64,000 bases of DNA from contig CAXXWC010000003.1 of the NCBI GenBank assembly GCA_963668645.2, forward strand, positions 384,001 through 448,000, written 5' to 3'. Under the pieces are notes generated by a model. That model was not told the origin of the DNA. It worked only from the letters and a program-made list of their open reading frames with translations, and searched no databases. Positions 8,991 through 21,600 of the stretch are shown piece after piece. Each line of letters starts with the position of its first letter. Position 1 is the first letter of the stretch. This DNA is from Desulfobacterales bacterium (GTDB lineage Bacteria; Desulfobacterota; Desulfobacteria; Desulfobacterales; UBA2174). Both the position numbers and the translations under genes were made by a program.

Positions 8991-9269
8991 ATGCCGATCT
9001 ACGAGTACGAATGTGAAAATTGCGGCCGCGTCGATGAGGCGATCCAGAAGTTTTCGGACAAGCCCCTCAGCCAATGCCGTTTCTGCAACGGGAAACTTCA
9101 CAAGCTGATTTCCCACAGCGCCTTTCACCTGAAAGGGACCGGTTGGTATGTGACGGATTACGCCGGCAAAAAAGTTGGCGGTACCCAAACGGCTGGCGGC
9201 AACGAGAGTGCTTCCAAGTCCGAAGGCGCCTCCAGTGCTGGCAAGGTGACAGAATCCAAAAGCGATTGA
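8991..9269 (+). CDS. FmdB-family zinc-ribbon protein
   Basis: MPIYEYECENCG...CRFCNG...FHLKGTGWYVTDY plus a low-complexity tail. Confidence 0.93.
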   Translation: MPIYEYECENCGRVDEAIQKFSDKPLSQCRFCNGKLHKLISHSAFHLKGTGWYVTDYAGKKVGGTQTAGGNESASKSEGASSAGKVTESKSD

Positions 9270-9508
9270 TCGTGTCAGTATGTGCCCGCCATTGAAGGGT
9301 TTAGCTTAATGCGGCTTTATTTAAGCTCAGCCCCTGACCAACAATAGTCCATAGCGCAGTTTACGGCATACCCTTTGGGCGGAAGCCGTTCTTCGACAAG
9401 GGGCGGTTTGGTTGAGTTGTTCAGGGCCGGGCCATCGAATTTGCCGAAACATACAGGTCATAGGGAACGCGTGAAAATAAGAAACGCCAGAAAAGGAGAA
9501 CTTCAAAG

Positions 9509-9796
9509 ATGAACTTGAGACCACTGAATGACCGGATTCTCGTCAAGCGGCTGGAAGAAGCCACCACCACCAAAGGCGGCATTATCATCCCCGACTCGGC
9601 CAAGGAAAAGCCGGCCGAAGGCAGTGTCGTAGCCGTCGGCAACGGCAAACTGGGCGAAGACGGCAAGCGGATCCCGCTGGAAGTCAAAAGCGGCGATCGG
9701 GTCCTCTTCGGCAAGTACAGCGGCACCGAAGTGAAGCTCGAAGGCGAGGAATATCTGATTCTGCGCGAAGACGACGTGCTGGGAATCGTCCAGTAA
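9509..9796 (+). CDS. groES: Co-chaperonin GroES
   Basis: [30 protein letters not shown]. Confidence 0.98.
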   Translation: MNLRPLNDRILVKRLEEATTTKGGIIIPDSAKEKPAEGSVVAVGNGKLGEDGKRIPLEVKSGDRVLFGKYSGTEVKLEGEEYLILREDDVLGIVQ

Positions 9797-11521
<1,725 letters not shown>

Positions 11522-11554
11522 GCACCCCACCCCGATCCATGGCTAAGGCCTTTC

Positions 11555-11590
11555 AAGCTCCCCGCATCTATCCATGCGGGGAGCTTTTTT
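11555..11590 (+). terminator. Intrinsic terminator after groEL
   Basis: AAGCTCCCCGCAT-loop-ATGCGGGGAGCTT followed by a T run. Confidence 0.85.
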
Positions 11591-11683
11591 ATTGAAATAC
11601 TTGACAAATCATCAAAAGACGGACTAATTTTTGAGTCGGCCTTTTACACTGTCCGTCCACCATTCAAACAAGCGGGGAATGCC

Positions 11684-12766
11684 ATGAGCCGAAAATCTAC
11701 TCTGGTCGTCGGAATGGATTCTACAAGTCATTACCGAAGCGACCTCAAGGGGCTTCTGGGCGCGATCTTGGCGCTGCTGGCAGCCGCACCCGTGCTCATG
11801 GCCCAAGAGGCGAATCTTCCCGCCGGAGTGGTCGAGCAGGAATCCGGATACTATTATACCGTTCAAAAAGGCGATACCCTCTGGGATCTATCAAGCCGTT
11901 TCGCCGATTCCCCCTTCTACTGGCCGAGCATGTGGCAAAAGAACCCTCAGATCCCCAATCCGCACCGCATCTTTCCCGGTGACCGCATCCGGCTTTACCG
12001 CAAGAGCTGGACCGACCTTTCGGCCCGCCCTGAAGCGCCATCAGCACCCGGCAGTCCCGCCAAAAGCGCGCCGCAGCCGCCCTACTATCACTATCCGGGC
12101 ATGAACAGCGTCGGTTTTATACGCAATCAAGCCATCACCCCCAGTGCCACCATCTTCAAGCTTCCCTCTCCCAAAACCCTCAGCGGGCAGTTCGATACGC
12201 TGCTGATCCATCCCGCAGCCGATACGGTGCTGCTGGCCGGCCAGCGCTACACCGTCTATCGGATCTGGGATCCCCTCCAGGAGGGTCTCAAAAAGGCCTT
12301 TACCGGTTATCAACACCTGATCCTGGGAATCGTGGAAATCACCGAAGTCACCCCTGACCTGGCCACGGCGGCCGTTTTGACCTCTTTTCGCGAGATGCAG
12401 GCCGGAGACAAGCTCACGCCCTTCGAGAACCGGCCCTCCCAAATCCCGCTGGTGCCCAGCACCGAGGGAATTCAAGGTCAGATCCTTTGCGCCGAAGAGC
12501 ATCAAGCCATGGTGGGCGATCATGATCTGGTCTTCATCGACCGGGGGCATCAGGACGGGATCCGCGACGGCCAGCAATACCTGATCTACGATTCTGCCGA
12601 ACTTTACACCTCCCCCCAAAGCGGCATCGCGGCCCGCCTCCCCCCGACGGATCAGGGGACCTTGCTGGTGCTGCGTACCGAAGCGCAAACCGCCACGGCG
12701 CTGGTCACCAATGCAAAGCAGGACATCGCCCCCGGAGCGCTGATCACATCACCCAAATCGCCTTGA
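11684..12766 (+). CDS. Secreted LysM-domain protein, TsaP-like
   Basis: Signal-like hydrophobic segment. LysM motif YTVQKGDTLWDLS...WPSMWQKNPQIPNPHRIFPGD. C-terminal beta-rich region with VFIDRGHQDG. Start uncertain. Confidence 0.8.
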   Translation: MSRKSTLVVGMDSTSHYRSDLKGLLGAILALLAAAPVLMAQEANLPAGVVEQESGYYYTVQKGDTLWDLSSRFADSPFYWPSMWQKNPQIPNPHRIFPGDRIRLYRKSWTDLSARPEAPSAPGSPAKSAPQPPYYHYPGMNSVGFIRNQAITPSATIFKLPSPKTLSGQFDTLLIHPAADTVLLAGQRYTVYRIWDPLQEGLKKAFTGYQHLILGIVEITEVTPDLATAAVLTSFREMQAGDKLTPFENRPSQIPLVPSTEGIQGQILCAEEHQAMVGDHDLVFIDRGHQDGIRDGQQYLIYDSAELYTSPQSGIAARLPPTDQGTLLVLRTEAQTATALVTNAKQDIAPGALITSPKSP

Positions 12767-12857
12767 CGCGCCGCAACGCTGTACTGCCCGGGACAGACAG
12801 AACCCGGATGATCGGAAAAGAACCCGGGACAAGGGGCACTGGGGGGCTCCGGCGGTT

Positions 12858-14663
12858 TTAGTAATCCCAGGTGACCTTGAGCACTTCCTGGTAGGTGGTC
12901 TTGCCTTCCAGCATCCGGCAAACCCCGCTTTGACGCAGGGTGTTCATCCCTTCGGCCAGGGCCAGCCGGCGAATGGCTTCCACATCGGCCTGGGATGTGG
13001 TAAACTTACGGATTTCTTCTGAAAAAGGCATTACTTCATAGATCCCCAGCCTGCCGAAATAGCCGGTCTGCCGGCAACGGTTGCAGCCGGTACCGCGCTG
13101 CAGGGTAACCGGCCCCTGGCCTGGGACGGGCAGCCCCAGGTCGGCCAGATGGTCCCGGCGCATGATCAATGGCTCCGTACAGTAGAGACAGATGCGCCGC
13201 ACGAGACGCTGGGCCAGGATACCGACCAGGGTGGCCTGGATCAGGTATGCGGGGACCCCCAGGTCCAGAAGGCGGATGATCGAGCTGGGGGCATCGTTGG
13301 TGTGCAGGGTGGAAAGGACCAGGTGTCCGGTCAGGGCCGCCTGGACGGCGTTCTGGGCCGTTTCCAGGTCGCGCATCTCGCCGATCATGATGATGTCCGG
13401 GTCCTGGCGTAGAATGTTGCGCAGGATGGTGGCGAAGGTGACCTCGGCGGCGGCTTGCACCCCGATCTGGTTGAAATCCTCGTAGACCATCTCGATGGGA
13501 TCTTCCACCGTGACGACATTCTTTTCCGGGGTGGAGATATGACGCAGGGTGGAATACAGGGTGGTCGACTTGCCGCTGCCGGTCGGGCCGGTCACCAGTA
13601 CGATTCCGTGGGGCATCTCGACAAAACGCCGGTAGCGGTCGAGATCCTCGATGGTAAAGCCCAGCCCGGTCAGATCCTGAAAAAGAACGTCCGGGTCCAT
13701 GATGCGCATCACGACCTTCTCACCGAAGGCCACCGGAACGGTGGAGACCCGGATTTCGACTTCCCGGCCCCCGCGGTCGATCTTGATGCGCCCGTCCTGG
13801 GGCCGCCGCTTTTCGGCCATGTTAAGGCGGCTGAGCGTCTTGATGCGGCTCACGATGGCGTTATGCACCTTCTTGGGCAGCTTATAGACGGTGTGAAGCA
13901 CGCCGTCGATACGCAACCGCACCGTCACCTGTTCCCGCTTGGGTTCGATATGCACATCGCTGGCACGCTGGTCAAAGGCATAAACCAGCAGATGGTTGAC
14001 CGCGTTAACGATATGCTGATCGGTAGCCGGTACTTCGTCGCCGGCCGACAGCTTGACATACTGCTCCAGGTTGCCCAGGTCCGGACCGCTGCCGGAAAAC
14101 ATATCTTCAGCCATGGCGATGGAGCGCTTGAAACCGAAAAATTCGTCGATCAGCTTGAGTACATCGCTTTTGGCGCTGATCACCGGTGCCACCCGCAGAT
14201 TGGTCACCCGGGTGATGTCGTCCATGACCTCGATGTTGAGCGGCACCGGAGTTGCCACGGTAAGGGTTCTATCCGCGACGGCCACCGGCAAGACCAGATG
14301 CTTTTTGGCAAAATGGCGGGGGATATGAGAAGTGACCACGTTCAGGTTGAGCTTGATCGGATCGAGTTTACGATACGGCAGATCCCATGACTCCGCCAGG
14401 GCCTGAAAGATCACGTCCTCGTCAACCAGCCCCTTGCCGCCGTCGCCGCGCATTAGGCCCATGGAGACGATCGCGTCCACGATGGTTACCGGCACCCGTT
14501 CGTCATCGGATTCGTTGCGCCGCTGCTGGGCGGCCAGGCGCGCCCGGATCCGTTCATGGCCCTCCAGGACATCTTTGGCCTGGGACCGGGTAATCAGCCC
14601 GGCCTTGAACAAAATGGTGCAGACGGTTTTAGGGTCGAAAGGGCTGACCAAAGCGTTTGGCAT
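12858..14663 (-). CDS. GspE/PilB-family secretion/pilus assembly ATPase
   Basis: ASDVHIEP, PQDGR, Walker A GPTGSGKS, EDPIE, LRQDPD, LTGHLVLSTLHTN, tetra-Cys CLYC...CNRC. Confidence 0.95.
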   Translation of the reverse strand: MPNALVSPFDPKTVCTILFKAGLITRSQAKDVLEGHERIRARLAAQQRRNESDDERVPVTIVDAIVSMGLMRGDGGKGLVDEDVIFQALAESWDLPYRKLDPIKLNLNVVTSHIPRHFAKKHLVLPVAVADRTLTVATPVPLNIEVMDDITRVTNLRVAPVISAKSDVLKLIDEFFGFKRSIAMAEDMFSGSGPDLGNLEQYVKLSAGDEVPATDQHIVNAVNHLLVYAFDQRASDVHIEPKREQVTVRLRIDGVLHTVYKLPKKVHNAIVSRIKTLSRLNMAEKRRPQDGRIKIDRGGREVEIRVSTVPVAFGEKVVMRIMDPDVLFQDLTGLGFTIEDLDRYRRFVEMPHGIVLVTGPTGSGKSTTLYSTLRHISTPEKNVVTVEDPIEMVYEDFNQIGVQAAAEVTFATILRNILRQDPDIIMIGEMRDLETAQNAVQAALTGHLVLSTLHTNDAPSSIIRLLDLGVPAYLIQATLVGILAQRLVRRICLYCTEPLIMRRDHLADLGLPVPGQGPVTLQRGTGCNRCRQTGYFGRLGIYEVMPFSEEIRKFTTSQADVEAIRRLALAEGMNTLRQSGVCRMLEGKTTYQEVLKVTWDY

Positions 14664-14680
14664 CGAAAGTTCCCCTCACC

Positions 14681-15214
14681 TCACGGGACCGAAGACCCGG
14701 CCGTATTGGGTACGAGCCGCTGCCTCATCTCCTCGTTGTGAGCCGCGACCTCCTGCTCGAAGGCAGCGCGGCGTTTCTGATAGTCTGCCAGTCGCGCATT
14801 GAGGGCCTCGACCTGCTGATTGTATTTCTTCTGCTCGGCCTGGGAAACCCGCTTCCCGGGAGCCGCGGCCAATTCTTCGCGCTCTTTTTGTAAAGCGTCG
14901 TACTCTTTAATCAACGCTTGCTGCCGCCGGTGCAAGTCGGCGATCAACGCTTCACCGGCCTCCTTCCCGGCGGATTCCGGAGCCGTTTCGGGTTGTGCCG
15001 CAACCTGCCCGGAGGCGGCCGGCAGCGCCCGGTCCGCGGCCCGTGCCGAGCCCTCGTATATTTTCAGTTTTTCGCGCTGGTCCGCCGGCACTTCGGCCAG
15101 ATTGTCGGTAAAACGAATCGCCCCGTTTTTGTCCCTGTATTTGTAAAATTCGGCCGCTACGGGCGTCGCCAGTGACAACACAACGATCAGCGTCAATCCC
15201 CACTTGAAGATCAT
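14681..15214 (-). CDS. DUF4124-domain secreted protein with a coiled coil
   Basis: Signal peptide, then AEFYKYRDKNGAIRFTD and a Gln/Glu-rich coiled coil. Confidence 0.85.
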   Translation of the reverse strand: MIFKWGLTLIVVLSLATPVAAEFYKYRDKNGAIRFTDNLAEVPADQREKLKIYEGSARAADRALPAASGQVAAQPETAPESAGKEAGEALIADLHRRQQALIKEYDALQKEREELAAAPGKRVSQAEQKKYNQQVEALNARLADYQKRRAAFEQEVAAHNEEMRQRLVPNTAGSSVP

Positions 15215-15277
15215 GCCTGCCTCCCCGGTTCAGATGCAGTCAAACGTTATCTTATGCCCCTGTCTCGCACACGGACG

Positions 15278-15658
15278 CTATCGCAGATCCGCGGGGACCG
15301 TTTCGAGCCAAATCTCTTCTATCTTGTGATTCAGGTTAAACCGATACCCCACGTAATCTCCCGGGCGAAAAGCAGCCCTGGATGTGGCCGGCCCCCCGAA
15401 CCGTGTCCGGAACACCACGTTCGGGGCGAACCCGCGGCACATATCCAGAATCACGAAGCATTCATCGTTGATCCGGTCGATGAACCCCTGGTACATCACG
15501 GCGTCTTCGGTCGCCGGCTCGACCCAGTCGCTGATTTCGGTCAGCGGCACCGGATCGATGGGCAGGAGGGCTGCCGGCTCCACCGCCAGCCCCCCTTGCC
15601 CGGTCATCACGATGGCCAGAAGGCAGCCGGCCCATATCATTGCATGCCGATGTCTCAT
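15278..15658 (-). CDS. Small secreted protein, possibly PilY2-like
   Basis: Signal-like N-terminus, short beta-rich domain (GFIDRI...FRPGDYVGY...IEEIW). Immediately downstream of pilY1. Confidence 0.5.
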   Translation of the reverse strand: MRHRHAMIWAGCLLAIVMTGQGGLAVEPAALLPIDPVPLTEISDWVEPATEDAVMYQGFIDRINDECFVILDMCRGFAPNVVFRTRFGGPATSRAAFRPGDYVGYRFNLNHKIEEIWLETVPADLR

Positions 15659-15686
15659 TGGATTTTCCTTCCTGCGACGGCCTTGC

Positions 15687-18600
15687 TCAATCGACTTCAC
15701 GCCAGTAGACCAACCCGACATCTTCACCTCTTTCCATCAAGTCGATGATCGACCCGGCCGCGGTGCTCATCAGTTTGATTTCTTCCCGTTTTTGCACCGC
15801 CATAATAGTGGGATTAAAGACCATGGTCGGATACCAGATGGCCGTCGGTGCGACGTAAATATAGCGATCCACGTCGGACCCGTCGTTCCATTCCGGATTC
15901 TCTATTTTTAGCAGGTCCCGTTCATCCAGAATGCCGTCCTGGTTATAATCGAACTGGGGCTCGGTGAGACGACTGCCGCTGGCGGCATCGAGTTCATAGA
16001 GCCAAGATTCGCCACCGGCCGAACAAGGATTGGTGTTGGGAATGCTGGAAATCACGATGGCTTTGCCCGAGCGGATCGTCACATCGCGGATGACCCGCTC
16101 CTTGGAATCCGGCAGATCAAAGTACCAGCCGACGTTGTTGGCCTCATTGGTGGAGGGGTTGGGCTGCTGGCCGGAATCATCATCGTTCTCCCACAGGTAA
16201 TTGACCGAATAATCTGTCAGCACCCGTAAATACTGGCCTTCGATGAGCACGTCGAGCAGTTTTTCCTGGTGCAACAGACTCGACATGGAGCTCAGGTTGC
16301 TCAGCGTGTTGGTGGCGGTACGCTCGAAAGAGCCCAGATATTCGGTGGGGTCCTCATCGTCACCGAAATCCCAGATCCCGTAAATCGACTGGACCCGAGT
16401 GCTGCTAAAATCGGTGGAGCCCAGGTATTTACCCGTGCCGAAGACGACGATGTACCCATCCTGGCTGGTATCCAGAGGCCTCATGACATCCGGCATGGTG
16501 GTAATCGGCTGGCCGTTGCCTAAGGCATCCTGGGCGGTAAAAAGCGGCATGGGGGTCCCGCTGCGATCGGCCTCCGTGTTGTAGGTCACCACCCAGTCGT
16601 CGATGCTGCTGCCGGTCAGATCGAACTTCCACAGATTCCCTCTCAGGTCGCCGGCATAGGCGTAGTCCACCAGATCGTCGTTATTCACATCGATCAGCAC
16701 AGGGGTGGAAAGGCCGTTGCAGGCGTCGCCGCCGCTGGTGCCGAAGCCGGTGTCGATCTTCTTTAAAAGTGCCCCTGTATGGGCATCGAGCACGTAAAAG
16801 ACCGCATTGCCGTTGGAACTGTTGTACCCGTTGCCGAAGATCACCACGTAGCCGATCGTCGAGTTGACGATGAAAGCCCGGCTGTATGAATACCCCAGAT
16901 CCGGATCAGGGCAGAGCCTACCGCCGCCGCTGTAAGTGCCACTGCCGCTGGTGTTTGCACCGTCTGTGTCTTGCAGGCTGAAGGTGGTGGCACTCAGGGC
17001 CGTAACCTTGAAGTATCCGTTGGCGGCGGTATTGCTCTCCACTCCGGAAATTTCCACCCGGCTGTCGGTGCTCAGACCGTGGTTGATGTTGGTGGTAATC
17101 ACGATGGGAGTGGCGTTGGTGGCACCGGTGATCAGCAGATCGTTTTTGGGATATTCCCACATCACCTTGGTGGCCAGGTCGCTTTCGGAAGTAATTCCCA
17201 TCGGATGGGTGACATCCAGGGCATAATAGCCTTTGCCCCCCTTACCCAGACCGCCCACGAGATAGGTTTTGCTTTGACCGGAATCGGTCACGAAGGTGAC
17301 ATAGGGGGTCAAGTCGACAAAAAACTGGTGGTTGTAATCCGGATCGGTCAGGTTTTTGAGATGGTTAAAGACCAGCCGCGGCACGTAGGCAAAAACCTCC
17401 TGCCCCGTATTGGCGTTGAAGGCGTGCAGCATCCCGTCGTTGGCGCCGGCATAGACCATCTTGTAATCGGTGCCGTTGTAGGTATAGCTGTGGTAGACCG
17501 GCGCCGAATGGACGATGTCGCCCAGCTTACTGTCGCGCTTGGTCAAATCGTTGATTTTAAAGTAGCGGGTGCGATACGCCCCGCCGTTCTTGACCTCGAG
17601 GCTTGAATCACCCCGCAGATAGTCCACCATCTCCTCGGCCGTGGTCGCATCGGTGCTCAGCAGATCGAAGAGGGCCGTCTGGCTCGAGTAGTAGCGAAAC
17701 GGCAGTCCGCCGATACCGTTGTAAGTGGCGATCTTGCGTCCGGTGTCCCAATTTTGAGCGTAAAGTTCCTCCTCGGCCGACCAGATATAGCTGGAGCGGA
17801 TCACCTCGCCGGTTTCCGAATCCAAGGCATAGGCCTTGACATCGCCGCTCCATCCGTCGGTGTTATAAATCGTCTGGTAGACCGTCGAGCCGGTATCCAA
17901 CTCCTCGCCGTTGATAGTCACGCCGGCCCCGGAACCGATGCGCGCCACCACGTCGTTCATCACCTCCTTGATCATCGCGATCAGTTCCTGGGGGTTCTTA
18001 GCGCTTAAAAACTGCCCCCGGCCGTTAATGGCGGCATGGTAGACATCGTCAATCTTGGCACTGGTATCGTCTCCCAGTGGACTGTGCCAGGTAGGGTAGG
18101 TGCGGGCATCGACGTCCAAGTTGTACAGGTCGTAGTCATCCGGGTTGTTGTACCCTTCCACGCCGAAGGTGACCCCGTAGGTCACCATATGCTGCCAGGT
18201 GGCCTTGTCATAAAAATTGGTGGGCACCTCGTCGGCGATGGCCGGCGCCAGATCGTTTTCATAATAGTACATGGCGATGTCGGCCAGGGTGTTGGGAAAG
18301 TCGTCGGCATACGGCGCCCCGTGGTCGCCGTCGATGTTGCCGAACCCTGCCGCCCCGCCGTTCCAGGCCCCGTCGGTCATGATGATGGCAAAGTTCTGCT
18401 GGCAGGCCCCACCCGCGTCGGTGGAAAGCGGCGACGTCCTGAGTTCCCTTTCCAGGCTTCCGGTGGTCTCGGTGGTATGAAAGTAGAGGCCGACCTTGTT
18501 CAGTCCGTCGCGCAGCGGCGTCGAGGCGGGGTTTCGCACCTGGTGGAAGTTCTTCAGTTTGTTGATCAGATACTCGGCATAATCGGTCTCGCCGGTCACC

Positions 18601-21600
18601 TTGATGGGCCGCACCGGTTCGTAGCTGTTGCCGTTGATGCTCCGGTAGCCGACCATGACCCCTTGCAGTTCGGGCAGCACCTGGGTAAAGGCCGCCACCG
18701 TGGTGAGCCAGCGCTTGCGATAGTACTGGAACCAGTTGGCGTAGTTTTGCAGATCTTGGGTAAAGGTCCGTGACAGCAAGGCTGCGGGCACGCCGGCTTC
18801 CTCGACAACGACCAGTTCGTCGTCTTCCACCTTGCTGTCGCCATCGTCGACGTAGCGATAGAACTGACGGGTATCCAGATTCCCGTCGCTGCCGCTGTCG
18901 GCAAAGTTCACCAGGTAAATGTCCTCGCCGCTGTCCAGACTTTTGTTTCCATTGGTATCATCCCAGGTCCAGTAATGGGCCTGGGTGATTTTGGCTGTGG
19001 CCGAGGTGCCGCCGCCACCGCCGCCACCGGGCCAGAAGAGGACAGCATCGGCGATCGTGTTGGTATTATACGTGCTTTGGTTGTCACGTTTGACGGTGAC
19101 CCGCACCACATCACCGGTGCTCCAATGCCAGGTGCCCAGCACCTTCAGGCCGTTCTGGGCCCGGCGCATGGACGTGTTCACCCCCGGTCCCCTGACGGTG
19201 TAAAGGGCGTTCTGGTCGTAGTAATAGCCGGGCCGGACAAAGGCCGAGACTTCGTAATCGCCGTCGGCCGGAATGGTGTAGGTCCAGGTGCCGCTGTTGT
19301 TCCTGGTACTGGTGTACTTATGACGGTTCTGGTAGGCCCCCCAGGCCGAATAGTTGGTGGACCAGTAGTCACCTGTGGAAAAGGCCGGGCTGTTTTCGTC
19401 CACATAGACGGGCACGGCCTCCCCACCGCCACCTTCGATGGCCACGTCCACCGTGTAGTAGGTCTGGCTCAGGTCGAAGAGGTTGCTGCTGCCGGTCTTG
19501 GTCGGGTGCAGCTTGGGGATCTGCACGTCGGCATCGTTCTCGCCGTACCAGGGTTCGTAATCGTAGGCCGGGTTGTAATACATGGCGTTGAAACCGGACC
19601 AGCGCGCTTTCCAGTAGCGCCGGTCGTCTGAGGCGTTCCGGATTTCGCCCAGCACATGCCATGTCTGGCTGGGCCAGAGGTTGTCATCGGTATCAAAAAG
19701 GTAATTATATTTTGTATTGTTGAACCAAAGGACCCCGTCGCTGTCCGTGGTCATGAATTCCCAGTCCATCGAGCCCGAATCGTCGATGACAAACATGATG
19801 TTGGGCGTGGCGGCATTGAGCAGAACGTCCAGCGGCTTGTCGCCCAGGTTAGTGCAAAGGCCCACCGCATCGCAGGAAAGATCGCCATCGAAACAGTTCT
19901 CGTCGATGTTGTTGCCGCAGATCTCCTCGGCCCCCGGGTTGATGTTCGCATCCGAGTCGTCACAATCGCCCATCCCCACGGTCCAGCCGTCGCCGTCGTC
20001 GTCCGGGTCATCCACATCCGCCCGGGCCGTGATGACCGCCGTCTTGGTGATGCTCGATCCGTCGCCGTCGGTTACCGTCAGGCTGACGCTGTAAGTCCCG
20101 ACCAGAATGTAGGTATGGCTCGGGTTCTGCTGGGTACTCGTCTCACCGTCGCCGAAAGTCCAGCCATAGGTAATCGAACTGTCGTCGTAAACCGTGCTCC
20201 GATCGGTAAAGGTCACGGTCAGGGGCACCACTCCGCTGGCCGGTGAAACGGTAAAATCGACATCCGGTTCGGCGTCTTGTGCCGTGATCAGAACCGACGC
20301 GGTGTCGCTGTCCCCGTCGGCCTCGCTGACCGTCAAGGTGACCGTATAGGACCCTTCAAGCGGATAGGTGTGTTCGACACTGTCTGCCGTGGTCATGGTG
20401 GTGGTGCTGCCGTCGCCGAAATCCCAGACGTAACTGGTGATACCGTCGTTGGAGGTCGTCTGGTTGTAGAAGGTAACGGTAAAGGGCTCTGCGCCGCTGC
20501 TTTCATCGGGCGAAAAGGCAGCCACCGGATCGCTGTCGCTGACGATGATGTCCATGGTGGCCGTACTTTGATCCCCGTCGGCCTCCCTGACCGTCAGCGT
20601 CACCGTGTAGGTACCTTCCTGCGCGTAGGTGATCCCCTCGGGATTCTTCTCCGTCCCGCTCATGGCTTGGCCGTTGCCGAAATCCCACGTCCAGGAAACG
20701 ATATCGTCGTAGCTCTCGGAGGTATCGATAAAATTTACCACCAACGGCTCAACGCCTTCAGTGGCCGAAGCCGTAAATCCGGCCACCGGGTCGATGTCAC
20801 CGACGGCCACGGTGACCATAGCGGTGGCAGTGGCCCCGTGCTCGTCAGTGACGGTGTAGTCGAAGGTGTCGGTAACCGTTCCTGAAGCCGCCAGCGCTTT
20901 CAGGGCCGCCGCATCGCGCGGGTCGTAGCTGAAACTGCCGTCCGCATTGACGGTCACCGTCGCACCGAGGACGCTGACCGCGTCATACCCGCCGACGGTC
21001 AAAACGGCGCTGCCGTCCACATCGCTGTCGTTGGCCAAAAGCCCGGCAGCCGCATCGACGGTCAGCACCTCATCCTCGTTGACGGCGTAGGTATCATCCT
21101 CGGCCAGAGGGATATCGTTGACGCCCGTCACCGTCACCGACACCGTCGCCGTTTCATCGAGAACGGTGTCCGAGATGGTATAAGTGAAGGTGTCCACCAC
21201 TGTCTGATCGGCATCCAGGGCCTGCAAGGACGCCGCACCGGTCGGGTCGTAGCTGTAACTGCCGTCTGTTGCGACGCTCACAGCGGCGCCCATGGCACTG
21301 AGGGTGTCATGGGCCGTAACCTCTAACGCATCCCCGTCCACATCGATATCATTGGCCAGCAGTCCGGGGGCGGCACCTGTCAGGAGACTGTCTTCATCCA
21401 CCGGCCCGACGCTGTCATCGTTGGCCACCGGTCTGTCGTTGACCGGTATCACGGCCACGGTAAAGGTCCGTTCCACCCACAGGGCCGCCCCTCCGGCGCT
21501 GTCATCATCGGTTAGCCGCACCGTGATCAAGGCCGTCCCGTTGGCATCGGCCACCGGGGTATAGCTCAGGCTGCCGCCGGCATCTGGGCTGGTATAGGTC

